DNA of 64,000 bases. Origin: Octopus sinensis. Lineage: Eukaryota. This document shows positions 1-12,164 of the stretch, one piece after another. Within the stretch, counting starts at the first letter, position 1. Every line of letters begins with the position of its first letter. Below the pieces are notes generated by a model. That model made no database searches. It saw only the letters and a program-made list of their open reading frames with translations, and was not told where the DNA came from. A program made the position numbers and the translations under genes. The stretch spans positions 12,710,001 through 12,774,000 of the forward strand of contig NC_043017.1 in assembly GCF_006345805.1 (NCBI RefSeq), in the 5' to 3' direction.

Positions 1-857
1 AGTACTGGACTGCAGGGCACTTTAGCACCCCCCACAAAGAAATTTCGAGCGTAGTGCCTTAGAGTAGAAAAGAGTAAGTACTGGAGTCAATTTGTTCGGG
101 TGCCCCAGCATGGCCGCAGTCCAATGGCTGAAATGGGTGAAAGACGAAAGGTAATTTTGCAATCTACTCCGTTGAAAAACCTACCTCTGCAAAAATGTTA
201 AATTCTTCTACAATCACTCTCTCTCATTCTCCTCTTGTCTCTGATTCTTTCTCTGACTGCATGTGTGTGAATCTGTATAGGTGTGTGTCTGTCTGTCTGT
301 GTGTGTGTGTGTGTGTCTGTGTGTGCACGTGTGCAGGGTAAACATTCCTTTATTCATTGCCTGTCACCAAGCCAAGTATGTGCACTCATCCTTCAGCTTT
401 CGCTTCTCATCCTTCTCTGTACAATGTAAAGCGTGACTAGAGAAATCAACCAATTAACTTAGCTAATCAACATTTTGCCGGCTATTGTGTGTGTCTTGTG
501 TCGCAAGAGAGCGAAAGAGAGAGAGAGAGAAATAGAGAGACAAAAGAGCAAGAGAGAAAGAGAGAGCATTGTTACATTTACTGGTATATTTTGGGATGCA
601 AATATTTATATTTTCTTTATATACGTTTATATACATTTATGTTTCGCAAACATCTTAAATTTTTTATAAGCTTACCGTGTGTGTATTTATTGATACATGC
701 TTGTATAATTACCTATGTGTACACATATACACTGAAAATTTTGAATATATTCATCTATTTGAATATTTACATGTGTGTGCGTGTGTGAAAGAGAGGGAGG
801 GAGAGAGAGAGGGGGAGTGTGTGATTCAATATATTGTAAGACAGACTCAGATAATCT

Positions 858-1138
858 ATGGATGATGATGATGATGATGATGGTGACGATGATAATGAAG
901 CTGACGATTATGACGATCATGATGACGATGAAACTCATGATGATGGTGGTGGGGATGATCATCATGACGAAGATGAGGATGACGAAGAAGACGATGATAA
1001 TGACAATGATGATGATGATGATGATGATGAACAATGACACTGATGATGAAGCAGAGGATGATAATTGATGACGGCGATAATGACGATGCAGATGAAGCTG
1101 ACAAAGACAATAATTGCAACACATCCATATTCAGAAGA

Positions 1139-1195
<57 letters not shown>
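858..1195. repeat. (GAT)n microsatellite, degenerate plus pure block
   Basis: Direct reading. Confidence 0.95.
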
Positions 1196-1196
<1 letters not shown>

Positions 1197-1571
1197 CTCA
1201 TTGTTAAAAGGCAGGTAATCATAGAGGGGAAGGGAAGGAAGGGGAGGAGGTGTAATTGACTGAATCGCATGGAGGTGGGAGAGAAGGGAGGGAGAGAGAG
1301 AGTGGTAAAGCTCAAACAAAGGCGGCGGCAGAAATTCGAATTCAGGAAGCGTAAACTTTATATTTTCCGTATATTTCTTGATCCGATTCACTACACCATC
1401 CGTAAAATCTCCGCTGAAAATTTACGTTCATTAAAAATTCCTGAGTTCACTCCCTTGCCCTTTTTGAGAGGTATTTTGCTGCATGCTTCCTCACCCTGCT
1501 CTCACGCCTCTTCATTTCGATTATATTGTATTTTCAATTGACTGTGCAATATTTTCGACAAGAAGCTCATC

Positions 1572-1980
1572 GTAGGAGTGGCTGTGTGGTAAGTAGCTTG
1601 CTAACCAACCACATGGTTCCGGGTTCAGTCCCACTGCGTGGCATCTTGGGCAAGTCTCTTCTGCTATAGCCCCGGGCCGACCAATGCCTTGTGAGTGGAT
1701 TTGGTAGACGGAAACTGAGAGAAGCCTGTCATATATATGTATATATATATATATAAGTGTGTGTGTATATGTTTGTGTGTCTGTGTTTGTCCCCCCTAGC
1801 ATTGCTTGACAACCGATGCTGGTGTGTTTACGTCCCCGTCACTTAGCGGTTCGGCAAAAGCGACCGATAGAATAAGTGCTGGGCTTACAAAGAATAAGTC
1901 CCGGGTTCGATTTGCTCGACTAAAAAAAGGCGGTGCTCCAGCACGGCCGCAGTCAAATGACTGAAACAAGCAATACAAAA
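1572..1980 (+). mobile_element. SINE family A (tRNA-like head, CORE-like ccttgggcaagt segment, internal (TA)n(TG)n, 3' module ending in an aaaagagt-type tail)
   Basis: A-box TGGCTGTGTGG, B-box GGTTCAGTCCC; about 20 related copies in the window. Confidence 0.9.
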
Positions 1981-1993
1981 CAAAACAAACAAA

Positions 1994-2040
<47 letters not shown>

Positions 2041-2414
2041 CACAGGCACACACACTTATATATATTTATGTGTATGTATGCATGCATGAACAGCCCATAA
2101 ACTCACACATTCACGCACGCACACACACAATGAATGCATGTATTGATCCAACCATAAACGTTGGCTTGGAAATACTCAACAAACACAACAACACTAATTT
2201 ATGAATGTACTAAGTCGGACAGCGGATTGACTAAAGTATTTATTAAGTAGAAGTGTCTTTTGTTAACGTGGAGCAGCGGAGGTGAGGTGGGGAGGAACAG
2301 AACATTAAAAAACATGGGCTTCTTTGGCCGACTCTGTATAGGTGACTGCAGCACAGAACCATTGGCAAGCAGGATGGATATCTTCTATGTTCTTTATGCA
2401 GGCTCTTTGAAGGT

Positions 2415-2466
<52 letters not shown>

Positions 2467-2468
<2 letters not shown>

Positions 2469-2850
2469 GAAGCACTCCGTCGGTTACGACGATGAGGGTT
2501 CCGGTTGATCCGAATCAACGGAACAGCCTGTTCGTGAAATTAACGTGTAAGTGGCTGAGCACTCCACAGACACGTGTACCCTTAACGTAGTTCTCGGGGA
2601 TATTCAGCGTGACACAGAGAGTGACAAGGCCGGCCCCTTGAAATACAGGTACAACAGAAACAGGAAGTAAGAGTGAGAGAAAGTTGTGGTGAAAGAGTAC
2701 AGCAGGGATCACCACCATCCCCTGCTGGAGCCTCGTGGAACTTTTAGGTGTTTTCGCTCAACAAACACTCACAACGCCCGGTCTGGGAATCGAAACTGCG
2801 ATCCTATGACCGCGAGTCCGCTGCCCTAACCACTGAGCCATTGCGCCTCC
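2467..2850 (-). mobile_element. SINE family B (tRNA-like head), full length
   Basis: Reverse complement of ggaggcgcaatggcccagtgg...gtaaccgacggagtgcttcca; A-box TGGCCCAGTGG, B-box GGTTTCGATTCC. Confidence 0.9.
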
Positions 2851-2879
2851 ACATATATATATATATATATATATATACC

Positions 2880-3243
2880 GTGGCACTCCATCAGTTACGT
2901 CAGCGAGGGTTCCAGTTGATCCGATCAACGGAACAGCCTGCTTGTGAAATTAATGCGTAAGTGGCCGAGCACTCCACAGGCACATGTACCCTTAACGTAG
3001 TTCTCGGGGGAAGATTCAGAGTGACAAGGTTGGCCTTTTGGAATACAGGTACAACAGGAACAAGAAGAAAGAGTGAGAGAAAGTTGTGGTGAAAGAGTAC
3101 AGTAGTGTTCACTGCCACCCACTAATGGAGCCTCGTGGAGCTTTAGGTGTTTTCGCTCAATAAACACTTCACAACACCCGGTCTGGGAATGAAAACTGTG
3201 ATCCTACAACCATGAGTCCGCTGCCCTAACCACTGGGCCATTG
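2880..3243 (-). mobile_element. SINE family B, second adjacent copy
   Basis: Same body, more diverged. Confidence 0.85.
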
Positions 3244-3304
3244 TCATTTTGTCAATGACACAGTATAGTAGGGTCAGTTAGGCACCGTCTATGAGAAAAA
3301 CAGA

Positions 3305-3495
3305 CTCTGCCAGAAATTTGGAAACAACATACTGTACTGCTTGGCATTCGCATCGGAAGCTCCAATACAAACATTTCAGAGTGTTTGGGTGTCAATCTGA
3401 GGACAGGGCAGAGGATTCGGAAAAATGTTGGAAGAATCCAATGGTGGTTACAAAGGTACAGCAGCTCGGAAAACTCACTCTGATTGTTCTGATAT
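3305..3495 (+). mobile_element. Tc1/mariner-type transposase N-terminal remnant (frameshifted)
   Basis: PEIWKQHTVLLGIRIGSSNTNISECLGVNLRTGQRIR / MLEESNGGYKGTAARKTHSD resembles a helix-turn-helix N-terminus. Confidence 0.7.
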
Positions 3496-3535
3496 ATGTA
3501 TTCAATACGGATGGTATTCAATATGGACGGAATGT

Positions 3536-3840
3536 GGAGGCGCAATAGCCCAGTGGTTAGGGCAGCGGACTCGCAGTCATAGGATCACGGTTTCGATTCC
3601 CAGACCGGGCGTTGTGAGTGTTTATTGAGCAAAAACACCTAAAGCTCCACGAGGCTCCGGCAGGGGATGGTGGCGATCCCTGCTGTACTCTTTCGCCACA
3701 ACTTTCTCTCACTCTTTCTTCTGTTGGCCTGCTCGCTTAGCCAGCAGGGTGGCGTCATTTAAAGGCTAAAACAATGCGAAGCGCATTGTGACCAGCGATG
3801 TGTAGCAACATCTGATAGCCTGGTCGGTCACGGTGATCAT
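3536..3840 (+). mobile_element. SINE family B variant with a different 3' half
   Basis: B head and first part of body, then unrelated 3' sequence. Confidence 0.8.
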
Positions 3841-3844
3841 GGTG

Positions 3845-4012
3845 ATGGATGTGATCTACAATGTTTGTGAAGCAGAGATCAAGTATATTGGTTGCACTGG
3901 TTGGCTGGAGTATTATTTGCTCCATATATAAATTGTTGGTGAGGTTGAGCAGGGATTCCACCTGACTTTGCACACATCGCGTCATTGCTGAGAAGAAAAG
4001 GCCTTCGGAGCC
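3845..4012 (-). mobile_element. LINE AP-endonuclease fragment, inverted homolog of 4750-4917
   Basis: VESLLNLTNNLYMEQIILQPTSATNILDLCFTN. Confidence 0.85.
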
Positions 4013-4069
4013 ATCCCTACCAACACACAAGACCGCTACAACCAATACATTAGGGTGGCCACCACTGGT

Positions 4070-5123
4070 ACCAGCACAGAGGTCACACCAATATACTTCG
4101 TAAATGTAAGAGGAATGTTGCAACTCAGTAACAGATGTAAAAGTACCTTCCTGAGAGACTTAGTGACATGCAGTCAAGCCTTATGCTAGCACTCACTGAG
4201 ACACACTTCAAACCCGACATCGCAGATGCAGAAATACACAAACCAAAGTACATGATACTGCGAATAAGCGATAGAAAAGACAGGAGCCCCAGATCCTTTT
4301 GTCACACTCAAATTCAGTGTGTGAGATACTAAACGTACAAGACAACTCGACATAGTTACATGTACTACAAATCTATTTCTTTACTACCCACAAGGGGCTA
4401 AACACGGAGGGGACAAAGAAGGACAGACAAAGAGATTAAGTTGATTACATCGACCCCAGTGCGTAACTGGTACTTATTTATCGACCCCGAAAGGATGAAA
4501 GGCAAAGTCGACCTCGGCGGAATTTGAACTCAGAACGCAGCAGCAGACGAACTACCGCAAAGCATTTTGCCCGGCGTGCTCACGTTTCTGCCAGCTCGCC
4601 GCTATGTACTACATATCACCCACCAGATGCCCCAAATCACACAGACCTATTCAAAGACCACCTTGCACGAACTGAAGAGGTCTTTACCAAAATAGAAGAG
4701 CACATTAGTGTACTTCGCTTGGGAGGCTTCAACCTGTCCAATGTGAAATGGCCTGAAGGCCTTTTCGTCTCAGGAATGGTGCAGTGTAAGCAAGGTCAGG
4801 TGGAATCCCTGCTCAACCTCACCAACAATTTATATATGGAGCAAGTAATACTCCAACCAGCCAGGGCAACCAATATACTTGATCTCTGCTTCACAAGCAA
4901 TGTGGATCTCATCCATAATGTGAAAGTAACACCAACACTTATCTCGAATCACAACATAATAAAGCTGACCATGTATGGACCAAAGGAACTCACAGACATG
5001 TAGTCTTATGAGAAGCACCCAAAACCTATCCAATCTAAGCTACCACAAAACAGACTGGAAATCAATTGAGAAAGAGATCACCAAACAGGACTTATCCCAA
5101 TGTCTCTCTACACCGGACATAGA
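4070..5123 (+). mobile_element. Degraded LINE ORF2 endonuclease domain (CR1/L2/Jockey-like), interrupted by SINE C
   Basis: NVRG..., LTETHFKPDIADAEI, YHPPD, LGGFNL, NILDLCFTS, SNHNII mirror EEP motifs (NxRG, LxET, YRPP, GDFN, LDL, SDH). Confidence 0.85.
4376..4601 (-). mobile_element. SINE family C monomer
   Basis: Reverse complement of the C consensus; flanking atgtactaca direct repeat (TSD). Confidence 0.9.
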
Positions 5124-5223
5124 NNNNNNNNNNNNNNNNNNNNNNNNNNNNNNNNNNNNNNNNNNNNNNNNNNNNNNNNNNNNNNNNNNNNNNNNNNNNN
5201 NNNNNNNNNNNNNNNNNNNNNNN
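5124..5223. other. Assembly gap (100 N)
   Basis: Direct. Confidence 1.
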
Positions 5224-5435
5224 TTGTCAATTATCTCTTAGCTTAATGGTACTGAACGCTCAATCAGGGTTCGATTCTCTGTAGAGCTTTGCGGGCCAAT
5301 TCTTTTTCGTCTTCTAAAGGTGTTTACTCAATGTTCTAAGCTGTTGTCAAAGCTTAGCTTCATTCGAGAATTCCTTTTATTTTTTGTAGAATACCTACCC
5401 GTTCGGCTTTTAAACTTTGTTTACAAACTGTTCTC

Positions 5436-5473
<38 letters not shown>

Positions 5474-5529
5474 GTATGTATATGTATTATATATACATAT
5501 ATATGTGTGTGTATTATATATATATCATG

Positions 5530-5725
5530 ATAGATCGGTAGCCACTACACACATTTTTTTCCTCTACTTGTTTCCTTGTTTTTTTCTGTGTCCCTTTCTG
5601 TAGAAGAGCGTAGGCTCGAAACGTAAAAAACTTTTTCAATTCCTGAGCGTTATACTAATACATCTGTTTGTTTTGTACACCATCTGTCTTCGTCTTTTGT
5701 TGTTTTTTTTGTGAACTCTCCCTAT
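5530..5725 (+). mobile_element. (TA)n-flanked Penelope-pLTR-like element with a minimal hammerhead-like motif (5595-5628)
   Basis: ttt-CTGTAGA-A-GAGC-gtag-GCTC-GAAA-CG-TA-aaa; homologs at 12460-12650 and 62515-62700. Confidence 0.55.
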
Positions 5726-6906
5726 ATATATATATATATATATATATTATATGCTGAATCTAATATTTTGTTTTGAGATATTTTCTGTTTGACTGCATCT
5801 GTGGAAATTTCAAAGTTTATTGAAAAATTTAAAATTTGGTGTATTAATGTAGTTTCCCAAGCTGAATCTCAGACGATATTTCACTTTTTCCAGAAAAAAA
5901 AAATTAAAGTTATAGAGGTTTGAATTTTCACCCAGTCAGAAAACAGGGCTTGGAAGCCGCTATTTTGAATGTGGCGTGTTTTAATATGAAACTCTAAATA
6001 AATCAACTTCTGCTTTGCGTCCGATATTTAGCTCCCTCATAGCTTCTTTATCTTTTGGAATTTTTAGAAAATTTTTTCGAATTTGCATTCTACCCTCGGG
6101 GATTCATACGATTATGTAAAAACCAAAAACGAAATTGGGGTGTATTCTTGAACAAAACACATTGTCTGGTCCAGGAACTGAAACCATGATCTTACAATCT
6201 TACACACACACACACAATGGGTTTCCTTCTTTCAGATCTACTCATAAGGCTTTGGTCAGTCAGGGGCTTATAGTACAAAATAATTGCCAGTAGGATTGAA
6301 CTCAGAGCCATGCGACTGGAAAACAAACAACTTAACCACACGGCCACACCTGATCTTAAGGATGAGTTCTTGGAAAGTTTCCAAGTTCCATTGAGATCAA
6401 TGAAGAAACAAGACGAGGTCACTACTTACCACACCGAAACCAAAAGAATCTAATTTCGCAGAAATATCATGCAAACGAGCCTCTGGTGCTTGATAAGCTG
6501 ACGTTCCCATAACAACAGCTGTTAATACTGCTGTCGTGTTGTTTCCCATAGGGCCAGGCCGAGCTGTAGCAAAATCTCCAACTTTAGGGATAAAGTCTTT
6601 ATCGAGAAGGACATTAAGGCCTATTTGGTTTAAACAACAACAACATCAATAGCAGCAGCAGCAGCAGCAGTAGCAGCCACATGCATTTTAATGAGATCAA
6701 TGGCAAAACCTTTCGACGGAAATATCAATATTGCTGACAGGAAGAAATCTGTTTCTTTATGGCCTCTTCTTTCATACTTAATGGTACTGAACGCTCAATC
6801 AGGGTTCGATTCTTTGTAAGCCTTGCGCGCCAATTCTTTTTCGTCTTCTAAGGGTGTTTACTTTAACCCCTCATCTTGTAACATAAACCTGCCTGCATCT
6901 CTCTCT

Positions 6907-6969
<63 letters not shown>

Positions 6970-7004
6970 ATCTATTTATCTATCCCTGCTATCATCATCA
7001 TTGT

Positions 7005-7680
7005 TCGACCGTAGTCAAGACAATGGAATTTACTATGTTACACCAGGCTTCATGGTCCTGTTGCTGGATGCCTGTATCCCTGGAGATTACATCAGGGTAG
7101 GAGAGTGTGCGCCCTCTGGTATCGCGAGCAGATGGCTTCCAGAGGAGAAGAGTAGAAATTACCTCGTTTTCAGCAAACTGGATTCTTCTACCTTTCACAA
7201 GAGATGATACAGGTGCTAATTTCCCATATATTTGTACTTTGGTTGGATGACGCCTCCGGAGGCGCAATGGCCCAGTGGTTAGGGCAGCGGACTCGCGGTC
7301 ATAGGATCGCGGTTTTGATTCCCAGACCGGGCGTTGTGAGTGTTTATTGAACGAAAACACCTAAAGCTCCACGAGGCTCCGGCAGGGGATGGTGGTGATC
7401 CCTGCTGTACTCTTTCACCACAACTTTCTCTCACTCTTACTTCCTCTTTCTGTTGTACCTGTATTTCAAAGGGCCGGCCTTGTCAATCTCTGTGTCACGC
7501 TGAATATCCCCGAGAACTACGTTAAGGGTACACGTGTCTGTGGAGTGCTCAGCCACTTACACGTTAATTTCACGAGCAGGCTGTTCCGTTGATTCGGATC
7601 AACCGGAACCCTCATCGTCGTAACCGAAGGAGTGCTTCCAATGATGACGCTTCCACGAGAGATTTAGGCCCACTTAGTCA
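7005..7680 (-). mobile_element. RTE-X-like LINE C-terminal remnant split by SINE B
   Basis: GLNLSWKRH|HPTKVQIYGKLAPVSSLVKGRRIQFA...TLSYPDVISRDTG. Confidence 0.75.
7258..7640 (+). mobile_element. SINE family B, full length with TSD gatgacgc(c/t)tcc
   Basis: Consensus match; flanking direct repeat. Confidence 0.92.
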
Positions 7681-8463
7681 TGCAAGGTACATGGCAACCT
7701 GACTAGTGCTGGTGCCACGAACAAGCAGCCAGTGCGCATTGTTAGGGAGTTGGTATAAGGAAGGGCATCCAGTGATAGAAACCATATCAAAGCAGACTCT
7801 GGAGTACGATGTAGTCCTTGGACTCACCATATCCTTGTCAATTCGTCCAACACATGCCAGCATGAAAAACGGATATTAGATGGTGATAATGATGATGATA
7901 GTGATGATGATGGACCCTCACATGCAGCTAGACCACAACAACAACAACAACAACAACGACATGCATATCTAATAATAAATTTTGTTTTTAAATTCCAGTC
8001 TTGGCTTTAGGGGAAAACTGTAGAATTTTTAAAAGAAATTATCGGCGTTTTTTGAAAAAAAAAGATTCTGTTTTTTCTTTCTATTTTTTCTTTTTTTTTT
8101 TTATGAAGATGAACATGAATAATTCCTTATGTTGCAGAGAAGAAATTCCAATAGTTGACGGTTTATTTAAGAATAAATATCGATTTCGGTATCATTGAAG
8201 AATTAATAGACTGATCGATATAAAAAATAAAAAATCATTCTTTTGGCAATTTGGAGGCTAAGAATTTTATTTATTTGGCATTACGTAAATCGATGAAGAT
8301 GTTTCGATGTATGGACGAATTTATGTATACAGAAAGACAGGTATATAGACAGACAGGTATATAGATAGAGAGAGACAGACAGGCAGACAGGCAGACTGAC
8401 ACAGATTTACAGAGACAGACAGAGAGAGCCAGATGGACAAATAGACAGACTGACAAACAGACG

Positions 8464-8588
<125 letters not shown>

Positions 8589-8597
8589 GTAGGTAGG

Positions 8598-8632
<35 letters not shown>

Positions 8633-8635
<3 letters not shown>

Positions 8636-8890
8636 TGTTTCTTTATTAGCCACACAGGGCTGCACACAGATAGAACAAATTACAAGATAGAGCTTTTCTT
8701 TTGGGGGTAAAAAAAAGGGGGGGGTTCGATCAAAAGGGATCGTAAAAGGAAAGAAAGAGGACAAAAAAGGGGGCGGTTAAAAAAAGGGGGAGAGGAAAAA
8801 AAATTGATCAATAGGGATCGTTATCACAGAAGTGTCAATATGAAGTGTAAAGGGGAGGACAGGTGAGGTTTACCCGTGGAAAGAAAAGCC
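8633..8890 (-). mobile_element. Probable L1/Tx1-like LINE 3' end embedded in (GATA)n
   Basis: Minus strand ends ...gcagccctgtgtggctaataaagaaacat followed by (ATCT)n; flanked by GATA arrays. Confidence 0.45.
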
Positions 8891-8914
8891 TACGGAGATA
8901 GGTAGGTAGGTAGG

Positions 8915-8985
<71 letters not shown>

Positions 8986-9382
8986 ACTATATATATATGT
9001 ATATGACTGTGAATGAACTGGGTGGATTAATGGTAAGCGGGTTGGTTTTGGAATACGGGAGGAGGGAATAACAAACCGGGTGAGTTGGTACGACATTTCT
9101 GTGATAAAAGTTAATTAATGAGGGTTACCTGTTGTCATCCATCGACAGAACGGTGTGGGGAGAAGAAACCTGTTGCTGCTCTGCCTTTCTTTGATGTTGT
9201 AGACAAAAGACAGAACCGCGGTACTCAACATCAACGACGACAACAACAACAATAAATATTTAAATATAAACGAACCAAGTAAGACAGACAATACCGAGTT
9301 AATGAGAAAGACTCTACGCAATCACCTGACTAGCTAGAAATAACAGCCAAATAGCTTTCCACTTCGTTATATGCAACAGAAG

Positions 9383-9792
9383 GCGAGCTGGCAGAAACGT
9401 TAGCACGCTGGGCGAAATGCGTTGCCGTATTTCGTCTGCCGTTACGTTCTGAGTTCAAATTCCGCCGAGGTCGACTTTGCCTGTCATCCTTCCGGGGTCG
9501 ATAAATTAAGTACCAGTTACGCACTGGGGTCGATGTAATCGACTTAAATCCCTTCGTCAGTTCTTGTTTGTCTCCTCTGTATTTAGCCCCTTGTGGGTAG
9601 TAAAGAAATAGGTATTTCGTCTGCCGCTACGTTCTGAGTTCAAATTCCACCGAGGTCGACTTTGCCTTTCATCCTTCCGGGGTTGATAAATTAAGTACCA
9701 GTTACTCACTGGGGTCGATGTAATTGACTTAATCCCTTTGTCAGTCCTTGTTTATCTCCTCTGTGTTTAGCCCCTGGTGAAATAAAGAAATA
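9383..9792 (+). mobile_element. SINE family C: one head + two tandem bodies, 15-bp TSD tatatgcaacagaag
   Basis: TSD at 9368-9382 and 9793-9807; internal junction aaagaaata|ggtatttcg. Confidence 0.92.
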
Positions 9793-9933
9793 TATATGCA
9801 ACAGAAGCAGTATCAGATTAATCTGTCTTAATCTAATCTGCTTCTAATGCACGTAACGAATTTTAATCCCCGCGTGTAATCACCACACCAGTTATTGTTT
9901 ATTCAATCATTGTTTTACTCTATCGGTAGCGGT

Positions 9934-10301
9934 GGAGGCGCAATGGCCCAGTGGTTAGGGCAGCGGACTCGCGGTCATAGGATCACGGTTTCGATTCCCA
10001 GACCGGGCGTTGTGAGTGTTTATTGAGCGAAAACACCTAAAGCTCCACGAGGCTCCGGCAGGGGATGGTGGTGATCCCTGCTGTACTCTTTCACCACAAC
10101 TTTCTCTCACTCTTACTTCCTGTTTCTGTTGTACCTGTATTTCAAGGGGCCGGCCTTGTCACTCTCTGTGTCACGCTGAATATCCCCGAGAACTACGGGT
10201 GCACGTGTCTGTGGAGTGCTCAGCCACTTACACGTTAATTTCACGAGCAGGCTGTTCCGTTGATTCGGATCAACCGGAACCCTCATTGTTGTAACCGACG
10301 G
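9934..10301 (+). mobile_element. SINE family B
   Basis: Consensus match. Confidence 0.9.
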
Positions 10302-10639
10302 TAGCGACTGGTTTTGTCTTCACATGTAGTCGGCATCGAGTACCTGATACTGACGAAGCTCAACACGGCAGAAATCTGCATCTAGCATTCTCACTGCTGC
10401 TGCTACTGGGTGGTTTTCGTCTGCCTCTGATATACTTTTGTGGTCTTAAACACATCACGTCCATAAGGGGACATCATCTCCCAGCAAATGCCGCCTTTCA
10501 CGACATACCTGCATCAAGTATGATACACTGATGTCTATTTTAAACTAATAAAGTCTTTGTTGTATATAACGGATTTCTATTCAGTTGGGCAGCTAATCAC
10601 AGCACAGTGATTTTTCAGTCACTGTTTTCCTATATCAGT

Positions 10640-11290
10640 AGCGAAGAATTGTCTGTGAACCTTGCGACTATCCACCCCATTCTCAAATTATCTCATTGTG
10701 GATATACTCCCGCAATGATATTCCTCGCATGGACCTTTGCATCATAGCCAATTGATATTCTTCCCTCTACGTAGTAGCACACCTCTCAGTTGTGTTTAAG
10801 GTCTCAGATACCGTGGTACTATTAAAGGCGGCGAGCTGGCAGAAACGTTAGCACGCCGGGCGAAATGCTTAGCGGTATTTCGTCTGCGTTACGTTGTGAG
10901 TTCAAATTCCGCCGAGGTCGACTTTGCCTTTCATCCTTTCGGGGTCGATAAATTAAGTACCAGTTACGCACTGGGGTCGATGTAATCGACTTAATACCTA
11001 TGTCTGTCCTTGTTTGTCCCCTTTGTGTTTAGCCTCCTTGTGGGTAATAAAGAAATAGGTACTATTGAAGAATCTGGCACATATAGTTACGTCCGGCTTT
11101 ACTTTGAGCACATCCTTTATGGAGACAAGTGTCTTCTACCTTGCCCGTGTTCTCTTTGAGATTTCAGAATCCATCACATGGCACATCTTCCATCTGGGCT
11201 CTAAGTCGATGTACACCTTTACCTCCTCGATTTCGTTACATCTTACCTCTATTCGGCCTTTTGCTACGTCTTCGAATCGCAAGTGTTTTG
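10640..11290 (-). mobile_element. RTE-clade LINE RT/C-terminal remnant split by SINE C
   Basis: EIEEVKVY..., MDSEISKRTRAR, SIKDVLK...FFNST, MQRSMRGISLREYIHNEII. Confidence 0.75.
10826..11057 (+). mobile_element. SINE family C monomer, TSD ggtactatt
   Basis: TSD at 10815-10823 and 11058-11066. Confidence 0.92.
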
Positions 11291-11334
11291 TTTATAACAT
11301 ACACACACACACACACACACACACGCGCGCACAC

Positions 11335-11661
<327 letters not shown>

Positions 11662-11663
<2 letters not shown>

Positions 11664-11796
11664 CAGGGTGTCCCAAAAAAATGTATACACACCTTAAATA
11701 ATTGTAAATTTGTTATTCTTTGTAAGCCTAGTACTTAGTCTATCGTTCTCTTTTGCCGAACCACTATGTGAATACATTTTTTGGGGACACCCTGTA
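11662..11796. mobile_element. Tc1/mariner-type MITE, TA TSD, ~28-bp TIR cagggtgtcccaaaaaaatgtatacac
   Basis: Terminal inverted repeats visible at both ends. Confidence 0.85.
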
Positions 11797-12114
11797 TATA
11801 TACTATTGTTATTCATACGCATATATATTTATATATGTATACTATGTGTATATTTGTACATGTGTGTGTGTGTGTGTATGTTTGTGTTTGTGTGTGTGAA
11901 GGCAAGTTGTCAAGGTATTCTGCTCGCGATCGCAAGGTCACGAGTTCGATCCTTAACGACGAGTTGTGTCCTTGTACAAGACACTTTATTTTACATTGCC
12001 CCAGTCCACTCAGCTGGCAAAAATGAATAGTTACACAAATATCGAAGGGCAATTTCACGAGCAGGCTGTACCATTGACCAAATCCACTGATACCTTTGTT
12101 GTCGACGGAGTTCC

Positions 12115-12164
<50 letters not shown>

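Noticed and set aside
7258-7335. tRNA genes at SINE heads
   Set aside because: A/B boxes are present but there is no complete cloverleaf, and each runs into a multicopy SINE body.
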